IMG/VR virus record: IMGVR_UViG_3300042940_001591
Origin: a virus
Lineage: Duplodnaviria > Caudoviricetes
DNA: 64,000 nt
Reading direction: 5' to 3' (one strand)
Shown: positions 55,949 to 64,000 of the stretch, piece by piece
Layout: each line of letters starts with the position of its first letter
Position numbering within the stretch: position 1 is the first letter of the stretch
Notes under the pieces: model-generated
What the model was told of the DNA's origin: nothing
What the model saw: only the letters and a program-made list of their open reading frames with translations
Databases searched by the model: none
Program-made: the position numbers and the translations under genes

Positions 55949-57456
55949 AAATAATAGATATTGGTATTTGTGTTGATAATTTTGATCCGGCTGGTTTAGG
56001 TGCAATTAGATGCGTTAGATATAGTTCTTGGGTTAGTCAACAAGAAAAGGCTTTAGAATACACAAAATGGGATGATAATGATTTATTTTTAGCATATCCA
56101 TTCCTACCAACAAATATTAATTTTATTCCAGAAAAAGGTCAAGCGGTTAAAATTATAAATTACAATCCTGATAAAGATACTGTAAATACAGAATATATTG
56201 CCGGTCCTTTTACAACAATGTTTGACTATAATTCACAAACACATTCCGCACAGGTTGAAAATACAACATATGGAGTTTCAGCAAAACACGGACCTGCGGT
56301 TATGGATTCCACTAAAGCAGATGGATATAAAAATCCTAAATCAGTTGCTGCGTTCGCAAAAACAACAGACTTTGGTGTTTATGGAAAATACGGTTCTGAT
56401 GTTATTTTTACAGAAAATGGTGTACAACTTAGAGGTGGTAAATTAATCGCCAAAGACTATGCATCGACGGGTCAAAAAACAATAATGGTAAATCAACCAT
56501 TAATGTCCAATAAAGTATCAACACTATACCTTAAAAAATTTGGTAAAAGAAAAGAATTTAAGGAAGAAAAAATAACCACGAACACCGTTGCAATATCTGA
56601 CTTATCACATCTTATAGAATATTCAATAGATAAATTTAGCGGTACAACAAGAACCGTTAGTTTATATGTTTATAAATTAACAAAGCCGTTCGGTGGTTTA
56701 TATAGAACGGATAACCCAAAACTATCCGATGTTGATTTAATTCAAGACCATTATAAGTTATTAAATTTAGATGGGACAACAACGGGAGCAACTCTTACCT
56801 TTACAACCGAAGATACCGAAGAAACTTATTGTACAATAAGAGATGTCTTAAAAACATTACACTTAAAGAGTCTTAATGAATTTAATACATCATACTCAGA
56901 AGGAGATTTACATCCTTTTTATTTTAGACCAACAAGTGAATGTAAAAATAGAGTTTTATCCGACACAACCCAAAAAACTGAAAGAAAAACTATATTCAAT
57001 AAAATAACCATTAATAAAGGATGTGGTCCAATTAATGGTTTGGTATTTTCAAGAACAAAGGTTTCACCGCCGGTAACTCCAGTTACAAAAAAAGAAAACG
57101 TTCTTAAAGATTCAAACATTCCGGGGGAACAGACTTTTGCGTCTTTGAAATCGGATAACATATATCTTATATCTACAGATACTAACGATTCAGGTAAAAC
57201 AATTGATTTTACCAATTTAGACAAATATGAATTAACCCAAGAAAATTATTTAAAGGATATTGGACCAAACACATACTCAACTGTTAGAGGTGAAAATTTA
57301 TTAGAATTGTTAAGAGCAATTATAGATTTATTAAACGGACATAAACATAATTTAATGGGTCCTTTAGTGAAAGGAGACCCAAATTACGAAAGATTAATGG
57401 GGTTATATTCCTCTTTTGAAAATGACATTTTAAATAAATCGATTAGAATCAACTAA
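55945..57456 (+). CDS. Baseplate central spike (gp5/VgrG/gpV-like, N-terminal OB fold)
   Basis: GICVDNFDPAGLGAIRC...AYPFLP...IPEKGQAVKII; GKYGSDVIF; C-terminal VRGENLLELL...GHKH. Confidence 0.75.
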   Translation: MKIIDIGICVDNFDPAGLGAIRCVRYSSWVSQQEKALEYTKWDDNDLFLAYPFLPTNINFIPEKGQAVKIINYNPDKDTVNTEYIAGPFTTMFDYNSQTHSAQVENTTYGVSAKHGPAVMDSTKADGYKNPKSVAAFAKTTDFGVYGKYGSDVIFTENGVQLRGGKLIAKDYASTGQKTIMVNQPLMSNKVSTLYLKKFGKRKEFKEEKITTNTVAISDLSHLIEYSIDKFSGTTRTVSLYVYKLTKPFGGLYRTDNPKLSDVDLIQDHYKLLNLDGTTTGATLTFTTEDTEETYCTIRDVLKTLHLKSLNEFNTSYSEGDLHPFYFRPTSECKNRVLSDTTQKTERKTIFNKITINKGCGPINGLVFSRTKVSPPVTPVTKKENVLKDSNIPGEQTFASLKSDNIYLISTDTNDSGKTIDFTNLDKYELTQENYLKDIGPNTYSTVRGENLLELLRAIIDLLNGHKHNLMGPLVKGDPNYERLMGLYSSFENDILNKSIRIN

Positions 57457-57480
57457 TTTGATATTTATAAATAAAAAGAG

Positions 57481-58851
57481 ATGTCATATTTTCGTTCATA
57501 TTTTGAGAAAAACAACACAATCATAAAGGATTCTGCTGTTAATACCTCTAAAAATCCAACAACTGAGATATTTTATGGTTCTGGATTTTCTAAATTTATA
57601 TTTAAATTAGATTTAGACAGTTTACAGAATAAAGTAAACTCGGGTGAATTGGTTGTAACCAACACCACTAACCACACATTACATCTAACAAACACGATTT
57701 TTGGTGACGAGGGACTAAAAGGTAAAAACAGAAGTACCTCAAGAGATAGAGCAACTTCTTTTGATTTAATAATCTTTAAAATAACAGAATTTTGGGACGA
57801 GGGTGTTGGTTTTGATTACCAAGACTCTGGTTATGATTTTACAACTGGTAACCACACATTTGATGAGAGACCATCTAACTGGTTTAATAGAACCACTTTA
57901 AATGAATGGACAAGTCAAGGTGTATATGCAACAGACCCAATTATAGTAACTTCAATGCATTTTGACAATGGTAATGAGGATATTAATGTCGATATAACAG
58001 GATATGTTAATGGTATATTATCGGGAGATACAAATCACGGATTGGGAATTGCGTTTTCGGTGTTATATCAAGATTTAAGTCCCGAGGTTGATAACTCTGT
58101 AGCGTTTTTTACGAAATACACCCAAACGTTCTTTGAACCTTATATGGAATCAACATTTGATGATAGAATAGAAGATGATAGACAAAATTTTATCGGTGGG
58201 GTTGACCAAAATTTATATTTGTATGTTACAAAAGGTTCTAATTTTTATGATTTAGATGAACTTCCAATGGTGGATATATTGGATAGTACAAATACCGTTA
58301 TTAGTGGATTGTCCAATTTTACAGCAACAAAAGTCAAAAAGGGAGTTTACAAAGTTACATTTGGAATTGATGGTGTTTTGTGTGACGGTAAAAAATTCTT
58401 TTTTGATAAGTGGAAAAATTTAACCTTAGATGGTGTTGACATTTCAGATGTCACTCAAAAATTCGTACCTAAACCATACACCTCATTATATACTATTGGT
58501 GCAAATCAAACAGAATTACAAAGATATGCAATACAATATTTTGGTATAAAACAATCCGATAAGATAAAAAGAGGAGAAAAAAGAAAAGTTGTAATAAGTT
58601 TTAAATCAATTGACAATCCTAAAACGGTGTTATTTGACGAGGTTTATTATAGAATGTTTATAAAGGAGGGGGTTACCGATGTTATTATTCATGATTGGAC
58701 TTTGACAGATACCACAAATGAAAATTCTTTTACATTAGACACGTCTATTTATATTCCGAGGGAATATTTTATAGAAATAAAAGGAAAAACTCATACAGAA
58801 GAAATCTTCTATAAAGAACATATAAAATTTGAAATTTTATCTGAAAAATAA
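57481..58851 (+). CDS. Virion structural protein (beta-rich)
   Basis: YFEKNNTIIKDS...FDLIIFKITEFWDEGVG...NHGLGIAF...FFTKYTQTFFEPY; late motif at 57462-57468. Confidence 0.65.
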   Translation: MSYFRSYFEKNNTIIKDSAVNTSKNPTTEIFYGSGFSKFIFKLDLDSLQNKVNSGELVVTNTTNHTLHLTNTIFGDEGLKGKNRSTSRDRATSFDLIIFKITEFWDEGVGFDYQDSGYDFTTGNHTFDERPSNWFNRTTLNEWTSQGVYATDPIIVTSMHFDNGNEDINVDITGYVNGILSGDTNHGLGIAFSVLYQDLSPEVDNSVAFFTKYTQTFFEPYMESTFDDRIEDDRQNFIGGVDQNLYLYVTKGSNFYDLDELPMVDILDSTNTVISGLSNFTATKVKKGVYKVTFGIDGVLCDGKKFFFDKWKNLTLDGVDISDVTQKFVPKPYTSLYTIGANQTELQRYAIQYFGIKQSDKIKRGEKRKVVISFKSIDNPKTVLFDEVYYRMFIKEGVTDVIIHDWTLTDTTNENSFTLDTSIYIPREYFIEIKGKTHTEEIFYKEHIKFEILSEK

Positions 58852-58865
58852 AAATATTTATTATT

Positions 58866-59324
58866 ATGAACATAAGTGAATTAATTAAAAAACATTTAAG
58901 TAAGGTGGTTAAAGAACAACAAGAATCTCACATATCTGAGGACGGAACGTACATGGTTTTAAGTAACCTTGTTAAAATAAAGAATGATATTGAAACAATA
59001 CTGTCATTTAAACACCAAACCGATTTCCCTAAATTAGTCACAGGAGAACATGCTTGGGCTGGTGACCATATAACAACATCTGCGGATGATATTGAGGAGG
59101 TTGCTAACTTCATTGATGGTTATTTTGAACAAAAAAATCTGTCAGAATCAGAGAAAAAAAGAAACAAACTTTGTTCAAGAGGAATGTCCGCAGCCAAATC
59201 TAAATTTAAAGTTTATCCATCGGCATATGCAAATGGGTACGCAGTACAAGTCTGTAAGGGTAAAATTAAAGGATTAGATGGTAAAAAACAATGCTCCGGT
59301 TCATACTGTAGTGGTAAAAAGTAA
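58866..59324 (+). CDS. Putative head protein with a basic C-terminal module (DUF5872-like)
   Basis: KLCSRGMSAAKSKFKVYPSAYANGYAVQVCKG. Confidence 0.6.
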   Translation: MNISELIKKHLSKVVKEQQESHISEDGTYMVLSNLVKIKNDIETILSFKHQTDFPKLVTGEHAWAGDHITTSADDIEEVANFIDGYFEQKNLSESEKKRNKLCSRGMSAAKSKFKVYPSAYANGYAVQVCKGKIKGLDGKKQCSGSYCSGKK

Positions 59325-59327
59325 ATT

Positions 59328-60209
59328 ATGAAAATACACATAAACGAAGAAGATTTACGATATATTAAATTATCTATTAAAAATGGTGAAGTCTTAGAAG
59401 AAGACTTAGGTAGATGGTTTAAAGAAAAATGGGTTGATGTAAGTCGTAAAATTGACGGTAAACATCCTCCATGTGGTCGTAGTGACGCCGATGGTGAAAA
59501 GGGAAGAAAGGGTTACCCAAAATGTAGACCCTCTAAAAAAGTATCAAAAGACACCCCTAAAGTAGCTTCTTCTTATGATAAAAAAGAAAAGAAAGCAATG
59601 ACATCTCAAAAAAGAAACGCAGAAAAGAAAGACCCAAAAATTGGGAAAGGTAATAAACCAACAATGACAAAATTCGATGAACAACAAAATGTTGACGAAA
59701 GAAGTAGAAGTTTTGCGTTTACAAGAAAAAAAAGATTGTTTAGTCAATCAGAAAAAATGTCTAATCCCCTTAGATATAAAGAATCTGATAGATTATCTGA
59801 AAGTGTAGAAAAAAGAACAATTATTCAAATATCTGAGGATCAATTTGAAAGACTTTTTGAATATAACGAAGAAACTCCTGTTTTAATTTATGAAGATGAG
59901 TCGGGTTCTGTTCAAAATACAAATTTTGAATCAACCAATATGTTAAATGAGGCCGAGTATCAAGGACGTAAGGTTCAACTTGGCAAAATCATGCAAGGTG
60001 ATATTAAAAAGTTTAAAGTGTATGTCAAGAATGACAAGGGTAAGGTCGTTAAAGTAAATTTCGGTTTCGGAGGTAAATCTGCGAAAGGAAAAAGAATGGT
60101 TATTAAGAAAAATAATCCTCAGAGACGTAAATCTTTTAGAGCTAGACATAATTGTGAAAATCCTGGACCTCGTTGGAAACCAAGATATTGGGCTTGTAAA
60201 ACTTGGTAA
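59328..60209 (+). CDS. Putative head protein with two basic modules (C-terminal one DUF6321-like)
   Basis: EDLGRWFKEKWVD...PPCGR...YPKCRP; AEYQGRKVQL...KKFKVYVK...VNFG...RKSFRARHNC...RYWACKTW. Confidence 0.65.
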   Translation: MKIHINEEDLRYIKLSIKNGEVLEEDLGRWFKEKWVDVSRKIDGKHPPCGRSDADGEKGRKGYPKCRPSKKVSKDTPKVASSYDKKEKKAMTSQKRNAEKKDPKIGKGNKPTMTKFDEQQNVDERSRSFAFTRKKRLFSQSEKMSNPLRYKESDRLSESVEKRTIIQISEDQFERLFEYNEETPVLIYEDESGSVQNTNFESTNMLNEAEYQGRKVQLGKIMQGDIKKFKVYVKNDKGKVVKVNFGFGGKSAKGKRMVIKKNNPQRRKSFRARHNCENPGPRWKPRYWACKTW

Positions 60210-60650
60210 TTAATAATAAATTATATTAACCCCACACTCATTTAAAAGTTGTTTGGCCTTACTTTGGGATTCATCCCACTTTTCTTTATTTTTAGTAGTG
60301 CAGACTTCCTTACAATATACCGTCTTTATACCAGAATTAACAATTCCTCTAGCACAATCCATACAAGGTAATCCCGATGTTAAATAGATTGTTGAGTTTT
60401 TAAGGGACACACCCTCTAACGCAGCATTATAAATCGCATTACGTTCCGCATGTTCCATCCAGAAGTATTTCTCGGGTCTTTCCTGACGTTCAGGTTTAGA
60501 ATCGTCTAAACCCCTTGGAAAGGAATTATAACCCGTAGAAAGGACGTTTCTACCCTCCCCAACGACAACAGCACCTATCTGTGTAGATTGGTCCTTAGAT
60601 TTAAGTTTTACAACCTCTGCAATTTCTAAAAAATATTCCGTCCAATTCAT
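60210..60650 (-). CDS. dCMP deaminase (likely start MNWTEYF at 60650)
   Basis: SKDQSTQIGAVVV, TGYNSFPRG, HAERNAI, PCMDCAR; TAATG stop/start overlap at 60648-60652. Confidence 0.92.
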   Translation of the reverse strand: MNWTEYFLEIAEVVKLKSKDQSTQIGAVVVGEGRNVLSTGYNSFPRGLDDSKPERQERPEKYFWMEHAERNAIYNAALEGVSLKNSTIYLTSGLPCMDCARGIVNSGIKTVYCKEVCTTKNKEKWDESQSKAKQLLNECGVNIIYY

Positions 60651-60946
60651 TATATTAATTTTTGTGGTGACCAAAACATAATACGATTATCCTCGTACCT
60701 ATTTAAATGTTTCCCTTCTTTTTTCTCGATTAATTTACTCATTTGTAGTAAATGGTCTCTATTTTTAATATCAATACCCACAGCATATCCATTACCATCC
60801 TTCATATAAGTGGTTTCTCTGATATATTTATCCTCATCGTCCAATTTAAGGTATTTTATAATCTCATCCTTCTTGCTTTTACAAGAAATACCCCTTTCAT
60901 CAATGAGTTTAATAAGAACATCTAATCTAAGATTCTCGTATTCCAT
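60650..60946 (-). CDS. Early protein with an N-terminal SAP/HeH-like motif
   Basis: YENLRLDVLIKLIDERGISCKSKKDEIIKYL. Confidence 0.6.
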   Translation of the reverse strand: MEYENLRLDVLIKLIDERGISCKSKKDEIIKYLKLDDEDKYIRETTYMKDGNGYAVGIDIKNRDHLLQMSKLIEKKEGKHLNRYEDNRIMFWSPQKLI

Positions 60947-60950
60947 AATG

Positions 60951-60982
60951 CAAATATAAATAATATTCTGGAATATGCCAAA
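60951..60982 (-). promoter_or_regulatory. Canonical Bacteroidota sigma-A promoter (TTTG-N20-TATATTTG)
   Basis: Minus strand TTTG at 60979-60982 and TATATTTG at 60951-60958, 4 nt before the ATG at 60946. Confidence 0.75.
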
Positions 60983-60984
60983 AA

Positions 60985-61010
60985 TAAAAAACCCCCATAA
61001 TTGGGGGTTT
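60985..61010 (-). terminator. Terminator after the 61014-61334 gene
   Basis: Minus strand AAACCCCCA-ATTA-TGGGGGTTT followed by TTT. Confidence 0.8.
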
Positions 61011-61013
61011 AAA

Positions 61014-61334
61014 TTATCTTACTACTGTAAATTTACCTAATTGTGAATTACCACTTAGTACACCGGGAGCGTCTGAATATAATTCAAGACCCGATTGTCC
61101 ATTTTTTAACGATGCCCCACCGTATGTTCCTGGACCTGTTATAGTACCAACCATAAAATTTGGTTCTGCCGCTGTAATTTTTATTGTATACATTTGGCCA
61201 TCAACATCTCTCTTAGTATTAACTACTTGACCCACACTAAAATTTTTAGGTTGGTGTTGTTCATTTAATAATGTTTTGTTTAATCTTTGGTTAGCCTCAA
61301 TTATGTTTTGTAATTTTGCAAGTTTTTTGTTCAT
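61014..61334 (-). CDS. Small late protein (putative head cargo)
   Basis: MNKKLAKLQNIIEANQRL...LLNEQ; late motif at 61354-61360. Confidence 0.65.
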   Translation of the reverse strand: MNKKLAKLQNIIEANQRLNKTLLNEQHQPKNFSVGQVVNTKRDVDGQMYTIKITAAEPNFMVGTITGPGTYGGASLKNGQSGLELYSDAPGVLSGNSQLGKFTVVR

Positions 61335-61373
61335 TTTTTAATTGTTTATAGATATAAATATTTCAGTTTAAAT

Positions 61374-61403
61374 AAAAAACCCCCGATTTCTCGAGGGTCT
61401 TTT
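61374..61403 (-). terminator. Terminator after the major capsid gene (GAAA loop)
   Basis: Minus strand GACCCTCGA-GAAA-TCGGGGGTT followed by TTTT. Confidence 0.8.
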
Positions 61404-61422
61404 AATATGATAAATCCTAAGA

Positions 61423-63177
61423 TTATCTTAATGTATCCATATTGAATGTTACAATACCTTGTACATCGATTACACCAAAGTAACGGTTGTTCACCATTTT
61501 CTTTGCGTAACGTGTCATGATACCTTTGATAGGAGTCATGTTGAATGGATTGTACATTGTTGGAGTTAATTGTAATGGCACGTATGGTGCGTATACATAT
61601 CCTGCGTCCAATAATGATTTTCCTTTATGTCCAATCAAGATTTTTCCAGCTGGGAAGTAAGGGTCACGATATACTTGATATCTTCCAGCAAGAGAACCGA
61701 TTTTCTCGATACCCATGTTGTATGAATCTTGCTCAGGAGCTGCATTAGATACGTGGAAATACTCTAAATCATCGAATACTGCAGAAACTTCTGAAGAAAC
61801 AACAATCCAGTTAGCACCACCTCTTAATGTAGTCTTGTGGATTTGAGCAGAAATTTGGTTAACTTTAGTTACTAAAGTTTGGTTCCAATCTTTCTGTGTG
61901 TAACCTTGTAGAGTTGCTCCACCAGTTCCACCGTATTTCCATTCGTTATAATCCCACTTAGCTTTCCATGCTGCACCTTTACGTAAGTCACGTAAGATTT
62001 CACGGTCAACTTCAGCAGCGATTTGCTCTGATAATAAAGCTGTCAATTCTGCCTCAGCATCGATGTTGTGGAATGCACTAACGTCTTGAGCCAATTCAGG
62101 AGACCAGCTAGCTCTTAATTTTCTTTCAGTTACAGAAACTGTTACTGATTCTAAATCAAAAGAAACTTCACCGATTGCATCTTCAAATTCTAAAGTTGCA
62201 TAACGACGGTATTCCGCTGTAAAGTCAGTACCATCTAAAGATGTTGTACCTGTTACAGAAAAATTAGAATAACCTGCAGTAGATGAATAAGATTGTAAAT
62301 CAACGTTTAAGTAGATTGCACCATCTTCATCACAAATGTCATTAAATTTAAGACCATTTGCACCTGCGGTTCTTGAACCGTATTCTACAATACCTTTACC
62401 ATATTTCTGAGTTACTACGTTAAATGGTAATGATGTTCTACCACTTAAACCAGCAATACGAGGACATGTTAAAGATAATGAAGCTAAAAATTCTTCAGTA
62501 TCCATTTCGTTACCGTCTGGACCTGCTAATTTACCTTGACCTGGTTTAGAGAAACCAGTTAATTTCAAGATTACTGAACCTAATGAAGTTACAGTTGAAC
62601 CTGAAGTGTAAGTTACTCCGTTACCTGCTTCACCTGCAGCAAATTCGTGAAGTGATGTACCTGTTAAAGAAACTGTTGAAAACTCTCCTTTAGAGTAATC
62701 AAACAAACCTTGATCGTTTGCATCACTGTTCTCGTAGAAACGATCGTACAAGTTAATACCTGTATAACCAGTAGAAGCACTTGATCCACCAGCACCACCT
62801 GGGATACCGTAAGGAGAATAGTGACCGTTACTTGCGTTTCTTTCTTGAATTTTAGGTACGAAGAAGAACAATTTACCAATTGGTAAGTTCATTGCTTGTA
62901 CTGAAACGATGTCGTTTGCTAATAATTTAGAGAATACACGACGGATAATTGGGAAAACTACAGTCTCGAAAGAACCAGATGCATCAGCTGTTGCTGCTTC
63001 ATTGATTAAGTAAGACGCTTGGTTTTCATACAATTGCGCGATGTTATCTTTTTGGTGACCGTTAAGACCTTCTAAAAAGCCTAAGTCATCCCATTTTTTG
63101 ATGGTATCTTCTTTGATAACACGAAGGTGCTTAAGACCGATGTTACCTACCATACCTGATTCTAATAATGCTCCCAT
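61423..63177 (-). CDS. Major capsid protein (T4 gp23-like)
   Basis: FPIIRRVFSKLLANDIVSVQAMNLPIG, RKLRASWSPELAQD, DAEAELTALLSEQIAAEVDREIL, GSLAGRYQVYRDPY, YAPYVPL, KGIMTRYA. Confidence 0.97.
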   Translation of the reverse strand: MGALLESGMVGNIGLKHLRVIKEDTIKKWDDLGFLEGLNGHQKDNIAQLYENQASYLINEAATADASGSFETVVFPIIRRVFSKLLANDIVSVQAMNLPIGKLFFFVPKIQERNASNGHYSPYGIPGGAGGSSASTGYTGINLYDRFYENSDANDQGLFDYSKGEFSTVSLTGTSLHEFAAGEAGNGVTYTSGSTVTSLGSVILKLTGFSKPGQGKLAGPDGNEMDTEEFLASLSLTCPRIAGLSGRTSLPFNVVTQKYGKGIVEYGSRTAGANGLKFNDICDEDGAIYLNVDLQSYSSTAGYSNFSVTGTTSLDGTDFTAEYRRYATLEFEDAIGEVSFDLESVTVSVTERKLRASWSPELAQDVSAFHNIDAEAELTALLSEQIAAEVDREILRDLRKGAAWKAKWDYNEWKYGGTGGATLQGYTQKDWNQTLVTKVNQISAQIHKTTLRGGANWIVVSSEVSAVFDDLEYFHVSNAAPEQDSYNMGIEKIGSLAGRYQVYRDPYFPAGKILIGHKGKSLLDAGYVYAPYVPLQLTPTMYNPFNMTPIKGIMTRYAKKMVNNRYFGVIDVQGIVTFNMDTLR

Positions 63178-63211
63178 TTTTTGAATATTTGTTTTTTGGT
63201 TTTTTTATTTA

Positions 63212-64000
63212 TTATTTTATTTTACTCATCAAATCCTTCATTCTCTTGAATTGTGGATTCTCATATGCTTTAGCTTCTGATAATACTTCTTGAGATGTTG
63301 ATGTTGATGGAGTGTTTGAGATTTTTTCAACTACTGATTCGGTAACTGTTATTTTTGTACCTAATTCAGTTTTTATTGTATTGAATAGATTTTTAGCCTC
63401 ATTCATAGTAGAAACTGAATCAAATCTCTTTAATATATTCAATTTCTCCTGTTTTGTTGTAGAATGTTCTGTGAATAAACGAGTGGCATAAGCTAAGTTC
63501 GCATTGAAAACAGCAACTTCATTAAGTTTTTCTTTAAAAAGGATTAACGCCTTCTTATACTCAGAATTTTGCTTTTTTAAGTTTTCAACTTCTTCATTCA
63601 TTTCGTGACGACCAGCTTTGTATTTTTTACCCTGAGGTGCTCTAACGTCAGCTCCATATGTTCTTGCAGCTTCGCCAAACTCTCCTTCTTTAGATTCTTC
63701 TTCCTCTTCAGAAACCTCAATTTCTTCAGAATCTTCGTCTTCTTCATCTAACTCAATTTCGTACATAATTTCTTCGTCCATTTCAGGTTCCATTGCTGGA
63801 GCTTCCATTTCTGATTCATCATCACCATCAAGTTTGATAATATAGTCGTCATCACCTGTAGACATTTCGACATTGTTACCGTCTTTTTTAACTACAATAC
63901 CATCTTCTGGTTTCATAGCCTTAAAAACTTTTAGTACTTCATCATCTGAAGCACCTGTCATGTCCATTACATCTTCATCATCTGCAGAAAAATCATCCAT
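63212..64000 (-). CDS. Prohead scaffolding protein (gp22-like), C-terminal part; the true start probably lies beyond the window
   Basis: Highly acidic region, then LNEVAVFNANLAYATRLF...KQEKLNILKRFDSV...AKNLFNTI...FKRMKDLMSKIK; directly upstream of the capsid gene. Confidence 0.85.
   Translation of the reverse strand: MDDFSADDEDVMDMTGASDDEVLKVFKAMKPEDGIVVKKDGNNVEMSTGDDDYIIKLDGDDESEMEAPAMEPEMDEEIMYEIELDEEDEDSEEIEVSEEEEESKEGEFGEAARTYGADVRAPQGKKYKAGRHEMNEEVENLKKQNSEYKKALILFKEKLNEVAVFNANLAYATRLFTEHSTTKQEKLNILKRFDSVSTMNEAKNLFNTIKTELGTKITVTESVVEKISNTPSTSTSQEVLSEAKAYENPQFKRMKDLMSKIK

Noticed and set aside
1-64000. Stop-codon reassignment (as in some Bacteroidota jumbo phages)
   Set aside because: Conserved genes are intact in code 11, and TAG/TGA serve as normal stops (e.g. 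dut, phoH, ORF 55748).
1-64000. tRNA/rRNA genes, integrase or transposase
   Set aside because: Intergenic gaps are short and show no cloverleaf or T-loop signature by eye; no recombinase motifs. tRNAscan-SE would be needed to exclude tRNAs formally.

Overview
This AT-rich window is a 64-kb slice of a large, T4-like (contractile-tailed) dsDNA phage genome in the standard genetic code, with no integrase, tRNA, rRNA or CRISPR array visible. From left to right it carries: baseplate genes (including a >945-codon minus-strand gene at <1..2837 that the ORF track missed); a replication and nucleotide block (nrdA, nrdB, DnaB-like helicase, 5'-3' exonuclease, UvsX/RecA, gp32-like SSB); giant baseplate hub and tube-initiator proteins; tape measure; tail chaperone; tail tube and sheath; neck and terminator genes; a SNF2/SMARCAL1-like helicase; a family B DNA polymerase; a Thr/Pro mucin-like protein; a cluster of putative internal head proteins (one with a WYL domain); three glycosyltransferases with dUTPase and PhoH; a gp55-like sigma factor; a spike; dCMP deaminase; the major capsid protein; and the scaffold C-terminus. 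TTTG-N19/20-TAnnTTTG promoters, the lack of obvious Shine-Dalgarno sites and a DUF4494-like gene point to a Bacteroidota host (inference). Most notable signals: (1) a probable programmed +1/-2 frameshift (GAG TTT TTT CGT C) fusing the tail chaperone to a start-less downstream ORF; (2) a parS-like palindrome beside an origin-like AT-rich, palindrome-flanked intergenic element; (3) a three-glycosyltransferase cluster plus a mucin-like virion protein, suggesting virion glycosylation (DNA modification is the alternative); (4) a helix resembling the scaffold C-terminus plus (I/L)xE cleavage sites shared by putative head cargo proteins; (5) a TATTTAT candidate late-promoter motif before at least 17 genes. 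All family assignments come from motif recognition by eye; no database search was run.
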